Part shown: positions 26,457 through 32,000 of the stretch, in pieces
Position numbering within the stretch: position 1 is the first letter of the stretch
Layout of the letters: every line of letters begins with the position of its first letter
Source: Coprobacillaceae bacterium
GTDB taxonomy: Bacteria; Bacillota_I; Bacilli_A; Erysipelotrichales; Coprobacillaceae
NCBI GenBank assembly: GCA_963675915.1
Contig: OY780959.1
Span: forward strand, 2,070,001 to 2,102,000
Length of the DNA stretch: 32,000 nucleotides
Reading direction: 5' to 3'
Program-made: the position numbers and the translations under genes
The notes under the pieces: generated by a model
Told to the model about the DNA's origin: nothing
Databases searched by the model: none
The model's input: only the letters and a program-made list of their open reading frames with translations

Positions 26457-28193
26457 TTAGATATATTTACGGATTTCCCCAATTAGTTTTTCAATAATGT
26501 CAATCCGGTTAAATGGAGTCATCAAATAGAATCCGTCGCAAAAATCGCTAACCTGATGAATCAACTGGCTGGATAGCTCTACCGCAATTTCCGTCGCCTC
26601 TTCACGAGTTTTGTCTTTGTATCTTTCAATAACTTTCTCTCCAACTTCAATTCCGGGAATTTCATTATCGATAAAAAGTGCATTTCGATATGATACAACT
26701 GGAAGGATTCCGGCTAGGATGTATGCATCCAACTCTTCATGGGCCCTTTTTAAATTCTCAATCGATTGTTTAGACATTACCGGTTGAGTCAGAAATACCG
26801 TAACGCCATTTTCGATTTTTTCTTTGGCAAGTTTCAATTGGATGTCAAAATTTCTGGCATTGACATTCAGAGCCCCCATCAGATTAAATGGTTTTGAAAA
26901 ATCAGTTCTATTTAGATTAGAAATATACTTTGCCATCTTCCGACTATTAAACTCATAGACCGATCGAACCTCATCTCTCATCGAAGATGGAATCGGATCA
27001 CCAGTAACAATCAGAACGTTATGAACTCCTTCAACCGATAAACCCAGCAGCAATCCCTTGGTGGCATTGATATTGCGGTCACGGCACGTCAAGTGCGGTA
27101 ATACTTCCAGTCCCAGTTCCCTTTTGACTTTGCAGGCTACCAGTGAGCTGTCCATTCGTGATCTACCAAGAGGATTGTCGGCAATTGTCATTATGTCAAT
27201 TCCCATTCCCTGTAGTCGATGGGCTCTATCCATGAATGGAGCTATATTATCTTTTAATGGAGAATCAAGTTCCACTGCAACGATTTTTTTGTTCATTTTT
27301 AGTTTGTTTAGAATCGGATTGTTCAACACAACATCCTTTGATTCCATATTGGCCGCTTCCACTTCCATATTATATTTCCCGGGCAATAATTCTTTGATCA
27401 TTTCAATATGGCGAGGAGTAGTGCCACAGCATCCTCCGATGATAGCTGCTCCGTTTTTTGATATTTCAACCATCTCCTGAGCATAGTAGTCCTCGTTGGC
27501 TCTAAAATAAGTCCGATTACCAATTATTGTCGGATAAGCGGCGTTAGGAGCAATGAATATCGGTTTGTTATGCTTTTCAATATTTCTCAAATGATAATTG
27601 AGATGCCTTGGTCCGGTGCTACAGTTTAGTCCAACACTATCCACGAATTTGCTCATTGAAAAACTATCAATCAAATCAAGGTAAAATTCGCCATCATTGC
27701 TATATCCTTCGGCATTAACCGAAAATGATACGATAATGAAGGAATTTTCCACATTACTTTTTATATATTCACAAACCTCCAAAATATTGTCTGGCGATGA
27801 AAAGGTTTCAAAGATGAAATTCTTACCTCCCACTTTGATGAATTCTTTCACCACATTTAAAAGCACGTCCTTTTCACCATCGACCGGACCGATGTCACAG
27901 AATACAAATGCATCATAGTAACTGGCCTGCTTAGAAGCAATTTTAAATCCTTTTGCGATTATTTCCTGGTACCTATCAGGGTACTTGGTTTCATTTGCCA
28001 TAAAGGTATTGGTTTTTATGGCTTTGGCACCAGCCTCAAGATATTCCTCATGAATTTTTGCAATAAGTTGCGGATTGTTCAAATTATCCAGTTCGCAATC
28101 ATTAAATGTCTGATCAGCCAATTTATTATGATATGAACCCATTGCTCCATCGAACAAAAGGATATTGTGTTTAATATAATCCTTAACCATCAT
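26457..28193 (-). CDS. Bifunctional homocysteine S-methyltransferase / 5,10-methylenetetrahydrofolate reductase (YitJ-like)
   Basis: The N-terminal HMT domain has LLFDGAMGS and GGCCGTTP. The C-terminal MetF-like domain has LPHLTCRDRN and LIVTGDP. The start is probably ATG 28193 or 28190, which overlaps the metH stop in an ATGATGGTTAA arrangement. The ORF track start at 28214 is less likely. Confidence 0.85.
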   Translation of the reverse strand: MMVKDYIKHNILLFDGAMGSYHNKLADQTFNDCELDNLNNPQLIAKIHEEYLEAGAKAIKTNTFMANETKYPDRYQEIIAKGFKIASKQASYYDAFVFCDIGPVDGEKDVLLNVVKEFIKVGGKNFIFETFSSPDNILEVCEYIKSNVENSFIIVSFSVNAEGYSNDGEFYLDLIDSFSMSKFVDSVGLNCSTGPRHLNYHLRNIEKHNKPIFIAPNAAYPTIIGNRTYFRANEDYYAQEMVEISKNGAAIIGGCCGTTPRHIEMIKELLPGKYNMEVEAANMESKDVVLNNPILNKLKMNKKIVAVELDSPLKDNIAPFMDRAHRLQGMGIDIMTIADNPLGRSRMDSSLVACKVKRELGLEVLPHLTCRDRNINATKGLLLGLSVEGVHNVLIVTGDPIPSSMRDEVRSVYEFNSRKMAKYISNLNRTDFSKPFNLMGALNVNARNFDIQLKLAKEKIENGVTVFLTQPVMSKQSIENLKRAHEELDAYILAGILPVVSYRNALFIDNEIPGIEVGEKVIERYKDKTREEATEIAVELSSQLIHQVSDFCDGFYLMTPFNRIDIIEKLIGEIRKYI

Positions 28194-30528
28194 AGCCAAA
28201 AACCTCATTTGCAATATCTACAGCATCTTTGGCATCACGGGCATAGTGATTGGCGCCAATTAATTTCGAGTGTTCCGGAGTCAATACGGCTCCTCCAATC
28301 ATAATCTTGCAATCAAGATTATTATCCCTTAAAGCTGTGATTGTATCTTCCATATTTTTAACTGTTGTTGTCATCAAGGCTGACAGACCAACTAATTTGA
28401 TCTGATGTTCCTTGACTGTATTTACAACAGTGTCTATCGCTACGTCTTTTCCAAGATCAATTACCTTGAATCCATAGTTTTCAAGAATCACTTTGACAAT
28501 GTTTTTACCAATGTCATGGACATCACCCTTGACAGTAGCTAGGACAATGGTCCCCCTATTGATTGACTGGTCACTTTTTGCCAGTTGTTCTTTGATAACC
28601 TCGAATCCGGCTGAGGCACTTGAGGCAGATTTGATTAACTGAGGCAGGAAGATTTTTCCGGTCTCATAGTTATTACCTACAATATCAAGAGCAGGAATCA
28701 GATAATTATTGACAATATCCAGCGGTTCTTTTTCTTTTAGGAAATTCTGGACAATTTTATAGACTTCGTTTTCAAGTCCTTTGTTGATTGCGGTGAAGAT
28801 ATCCATATCATTTGTTGCAGTTTCAACCTTTTGACTTTCCTGATTTTTGTAGACATCTATGTAGTTATTACTATCTTTGTCATGGCCGCTTAGAACCTGA
28901 TATGCGTTGACACTATCCATCAATACTTTGCTGTTAGGATTGATTATCGGCAATGTCAGACCATTGGTCATGGCAACAGTAAGGAAAGTCTGATTCATCA
29001 GTGGACGGTTAGGCAAGCCAAATGAAATATTGGAAACCCCCAGAACCAACTGCAGTCCTAAACCGTTGTGGATATAATTCATCGCCTTAAGTGTTTCCTG
29101 GGCCTGATCCTGGCTAGATGCAACTGTCAATGTAAGGCAGTCAATATAAACATCTTCTTTTCTGATCCCATAACTTTTAGCTGCATTCAAAATCTTTTTG
29201 GCAATCTCGATTCTCTTTTCGCTAGTTTTAGGAATTCCGTCTTCATCAATTGTAAGTCCAACTACGCTAGCACCATATTTTTTCACTAAAGGTAGAATTG
29301 AATCCAATTTTTCCTGTTCACCGTTTACGCTGTTTACGATTGGTTTCCCATTATATACCCGCAGTCCGGCCTCGATTGCATTCAAGTCCGATGAATCAAT
29401 TTGCAAAGGAACATCAACGATTGATTGAATCGCTTTGACAACTTTTTTCATCATTTCAGGTTCGTCGATATTAAGAGTTCCGACATTGACATCCAATATG
29501 CTGGCTTTGGCATCAACCTGTTCGATTGCCAAAGAGAGAATATAGTCAATATCCTGATCAATCAATGCCTGCTTAAATCTTTTTTTACCAGTCGGATTAA
29601 TTCTTTCTCCAATTACTTTGACACCATCGATTTCCAAAGCATCAACACCACTACTGATTGTACTTCGATACTCCACATCATCTTTTGCGTTATATGTCAA
29701 ATTATCATAAAGAGCTCTTACATAATCCGGAGTAGTACCGCAGCATCCGCCAATAATCTTAACCCCATATTTCATAAACTCCTGATAGGCACTCAGGAAT
29801 GTCTCAATATCAAGATCATATTCATTGGTCTGCGGATTTGGCAATCCAGCATTTGCTTTTACCATAACCGGAAGATTGGTTGATTCACAAATTTCTTTTA
29901 CAATCGGCTGCAGTTCAATTGGACCTAGAGAGCAGTTAACCCCAAGAACATCAACACCTAAAGCCTCTACAGTCGTAACAAAGGCTTTAACTGATGTTCC
30001 TGTGAAACTCCGCCCATTTTGCTCAAAGGTCATTGACGTCATTATCGGTAAATCACAGTTTTCTTTAGCTGCAAGAATCCCGGCTTTGAGCTCATACAAA
30101 TCACTCATTGTTTCAAAAACAATCAAATCAGCATCTTTACCGGCCTCAATGATTTCCTTGAATATTTCATACGCCTCTTCGAATTTCAGTGTTCCACTAG
30201 GCTCGAGCAATGTTCCAATCGGCCCGATATCCAGGGCAACCAATCGATCCTTGGCAACTTCTTTGGCATTTGCAACTCCCGTCCTGATAATCTCCTTGAC
30301 ATCATATTCGCTGTCGTCATATTTGTAGCTGTTTGCCGAGAAGGTGAATGAATAAATTATATCACTTCCTGCATCCAGGTATTTCTGATGAATCTGTTTG
30401 ATCAACTCTGGATTTGTCAGATTCAATTCCTCCACATGCTTAGGAACCTCTATCCCGCTATCAAAAACCATGGTTCCCATGGCTCCATCAAGAAAGATCA
30501 AATCTTTTTTCAATAAATTATTTAGCAC
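28183..30528 (-). CDS. metH: Cobalamin-dependent methionine synthase, short form lacking the activation domain
   Basis: 781 aa. HMT domain (IFLDGAMGT, GGCCGTTP), pterin-binding domain (GERINPTGKK), and B12-binding domain with the DxHxxG motif (GDVHDIGKN). Confidence 0.9.
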   Translation of the reverse strand: MLNNLLKKDLIFLDGAMGTMVFDSGIEVPKHVEELNLTNPELIKQIHQKYLDAGSDIIYSFTFSANSYKYDDSEYDVKEIIRTGVANAKEVAKDRLVALDIGPIGTLLEPSGTLKFEEAYEIFKEIIEAGKDADLIVFETMSDLYELKAGILAAKENCDLPIMTSMTFEQNGRSFTGTSVKAFVTTVEALGVDVLGVNCSLGPIELQPIVKEICESTNLPVMVKANAGLPNPQTNEYDLDIETFLSAYQEFMKYGVKIIGGCCGTTPDYVRALYDNLTYNAKDDVEYRSTISSGVDALEIDGVKVIGERINPTGKKRFKQALIDQDIDYILSLAIEQVDAKASILDVNVGTLNIDEPEMMKKVVKAIQSIVDVPLQIDSSDLNAIEAGLRVYNGKPIVNSVNGEQEKLDSILPLVKKYGASVVGLTIDEDGIPKTSEKRIEIAKKILNAAKSYGIRKEDVYIDCLTLTVASSQDQAQETLKAMNYIHNGLGLQLVLGVSNISFGLPNRPLMNQTFLTVAMTNGLTLPIINPNSKVLMDSVNAYQVLSGHDKDSNNYIDVYKNQESQKVETATNDMDIFTAINKGLENEVYKIVQNFLKEKEPLDIVNNYLIPALDIVGNNYETGKIFLPQLIKSASSASAGFEVIKEQLAKSDQSINRGTIVLATVKGDVHDIGKNIVKVILENYGFKVIDLGKDVAIDTVVNTVKEHQIKLVGLSALMTTTVKNMEDTITALRDNNLDCKIMIGGAVLTPEHSKLIGANHYARDAKDAVDIANEVFGYDG

Positions 30529-31165
30529 AAGTTTTTCCTGCCTTTCTTATCAAACATGTTTCTTTCATGTTGCATGTTTCACAACCTATCATTTTCTTTT
30601 GTTTAATGTCGGATATTCCTATTATGCACGTTATTGATTTTCGCGGAATCATCAACATTGTATCCGTAAGATTAATTCCCACTCTTTTTTCTAGTTGAAG
30701 CAAATCAAAGATATCTCTTTGATATTTGATATCCATATCGCCGTACCCAGGGGCAAAAGCATCGGTAAAATGCTTCGATGGATAATCTTGTTTAATTTCA
30801 TCTATCACACTTTCCTGATAATCTTCAACCATAGATGACAGCAAGGCGTCACTGATAACCGAATATAGTTTATTGCTGATGGAATATTTTCGTAATTGTT
30901 GTTCGATTGTAACTCCTAATGTCACAGCAAGGATAATGACTTTCTCGCTTGATTCCAGTAGTTTGTCAATATCATTGCTGTTAAATACCCGATTTTTTAT
31001 CGTTACGGGATTTTTCTTGAAATCAAAGACCTGGTAATAATAGCGCGGTTTTACCAGCGGTAGCAGCTTCTGATACAGCTCTTCAATATCCTGATCAATC
31101 TCATTAGGATTTTCATCCATTCCAAGATACCGCTTGACCAAACTCAAATCATATTTTATCTCCAT
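30518..31165 (-). CDS. Stand-alone methionine synthase activation (reactivation) domain-like protein
   Basis: 215 aa immediately upstream of metH with an 11-nt overlap. FAPGYGDMDI...LTDTMLMIPRKSITCIIGI resembles the MetH C-terminal activation module. The C-terminal Cys cluster is CETCNMKETC...KTC. Confidence 0.65.
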   Translation of the reverse strand: MEIKYDLSLVKRYLGMDENPNEIDQDIEELYQKLLPLVKPRYYYQVFDFKKNPVTIKNRVFNSNDIDKLLESSEKVIILAVTLGVTIEQQLRKYSISNKLYSVISDALLSSMVEDYQESVIDEIKQDYPSKHFTDAFAPGYGDMDIKYQRDIFDLLQLEKRVGINLTDTMLMIPRKSITCIIGISDIKQKKMIGCETCNMKETCLIRKAGKTCAK

Positions 31166-31194
31166 AAAACCACCACTTTCGTTATCTTAAAAAT

Positions 31195-31223
31195 ATTATA
31201 TAATAGGCCTTTACGGGTTTCAA
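31195..31223 (-). promoter_or_regulatory. Near-consensus promoter of the metH operon
   Basis: The minus strand reads TTGAAA (31223-31218), an exact 17-nt spacer, then TATAAT (31200-31195). The ATG at 31165 is about 30 nt downstream, so the leader is very short. Confidence 0.55.
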
Positions 31224-31229
31224 CTTTAT

Positions 31230-31313
31230 ATAAGACATTATTTGATAATGTCTTATACGATAATAATATTACTGGTTATAGGTAAAAACTATAACCAGTA
31301 ATATTATTATCGT
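31230..31313. repeat. Two abutting perfect hairpin palindromes (12-bp stem and 25-bp stem)
   Basis: ATAAGACATTAT-ttg-ATAATGTCTTAT occupies 31230-31256. It is directly followed by ACGATAATAATATTACTGGTTATAG-gtaaaaa-CTATAACCAGTAATATTATTATCGT at 31257-31313. Both stems have no mismatch. Confidence 0.9.
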
Positions 31314-31356
31314 TCTCTTTGATATAATGCAATAAAGGAGAACTGATTAGTCCCCC

Positions 31357-32000
31357 TTATTTATTTTGGTGATATTCATTGTACACATCGGATTTTTTTA
31401 AATCTCTTGCCTTTGCAACTTCCTTGATTGCTTCTTTGGAGCTATAACCCAAAGCAATCAATTCCTCGATATGTTCAATTACTGTGTTTTCAAATTGATG
31501 TTCCTCATTCTCAGTGTTACCACTGACTACAATGACCATTTCGCCCTTCAACTCGTCTGCTACTTCTAAAACTTCGCTGATATTACCGCGAATTACTTCT
31601 TCATATTTCTTGGTAAGCTCGCGTACCAGCGCAATTCTTCGATCCCCGAAGTATTCCAACATAAGCGCAAGGGTTTTAGTGATTCGATGCGGACTTTCAT
31701 AAAAGACGAGTGTCTCTTCATACAATCTGAGCTTTTCCAATTGCTTTTTCTTAGTTTTATCTTTATGTGCCAAAAAACCATAGAACATAAATGGTTGCGG
31801 TGCAATACCTGATACAACCAATGCCCCAATGGCAGCATTAGGTCCGCTGATAACCACGACATTGAAATCATGGTTGATTGCCTCACTTACCAATTCATAA
31901 CCAGGATCGGAAATAGCCGGATACCCAGCATCAGATACCAATGCGACTTGATTTCCTTCTTCAAGCAATTTGATTATTTTTGGAATAGCTGTATTGAGAT
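31357..32000 (-). CDS. rsmI: 16S rRNA (cytidine1402-2'-O)-methyltransferase, 3' partial (N-terminus beyond the window)
   Basis: VSDAGYPAISDPGY motif and FYESPHR motif. The reading frame stays open upstream of the track's TTG start through to position 32000 (…LNTAIPKIIKLLEEG…), so the gene is truncated by the window edge. Confidence 0.9.
   Translation of the reverse strand, partial: LNTAIPKIIKLLEEGNQVALVSDAGYPAISDPGYELVSEAINHDFNVVVISGPNAAIGALVVSGIAPQPFMFYGFLAHKDKTKKKQLEKLRLYEETLVFYESPHRITKTLALMLEYFGDRRIALVRELTKKYEEVIRGNISEVLEVADELKGEMVIVVSGNTENEEHQFENTVIEHIEELIALGYSSKEAIKEVAKARDLKKSDVYNEYHQNK

Noticed and set aside
1-32000. CRISPR arrays, tRNA or rRNA genes, and multi-gene defence or toxin-antitoxin modules.
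   Set aside because: Reading both strands, I found no regularly spaced short direct repeats, no cloverleaf-like or rRNA-like segments, and no characteristic gene pairs. Every intergenic region longer than 100 nt is accounted for above.

Overview
This window is an AT-rich chromosomal segment of Bacillota (Firmicutes) type, and almost every gene is on the minus strand. The backbone is housekeeping. It carries rnmV-rsmA(ksgA)-ispE-glmU-prs plus a small unknown gene, a split chrA-like chromate transporter pair, and an operon of a short MetE-like (YxjG/YxjH-type) methyltransferase with metY. It also carries a Cthe_2159-like beta-helix lipoprotein, a SanA/DUF218 protein, and a 1408-aa fused BcrAD/BadFG-activase plus HgdB/DUF2229-like protein. 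Further along are glmS with a recognisable glmS ribozyme leader, an operon for B12-dependent methionine synthesis (separate activation-domain protein, truncated MetH, fused homocysteine-methyltransferase/MTHFR), and the 3' part of rsmI. Four mobile elements sit on this backbone. (1) An ISL3-family element (about 290-2564) carries an extra Zn-ribbon ORF and has a putative 8-bp target duplication. It lies between the last gene of the prs operon and that operon's terminator. (2) and (3) are two full-length 2182-nt group II introns (9176-11357 and 13893-16074, minus strand). Each has GUGCG at the 5' end, a clear domain V and an intact RT/maturase ORF. Each is inserted immediately after the TTTT tract of an intrinsic terminator hairpin, which is class C-like behaviour. 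(4) An IS1595-family element (25102-26246) has imperfect inverted repeats and an exact 8-bp target duplication. I found no multi-gene defence-island-like or otherwise clearly novel system, no CRISPR array, and no tRNA or rRNA. The most unusual observations are these: the terminator-targeted twin introns bracket the metE-like/metY operon; the two copies are mosaic, with about 400 nt encoding the IEP C-terminus strongly diverged while the rest is near-identical; the large activase-dehydratase-like fusion stands alone as a monocistronic gene; and two back-to-back perfect hairpins lie just upstream of the metH-operon promoter. All functional calls rest on motif and architecture recognition by eye, with no database search.
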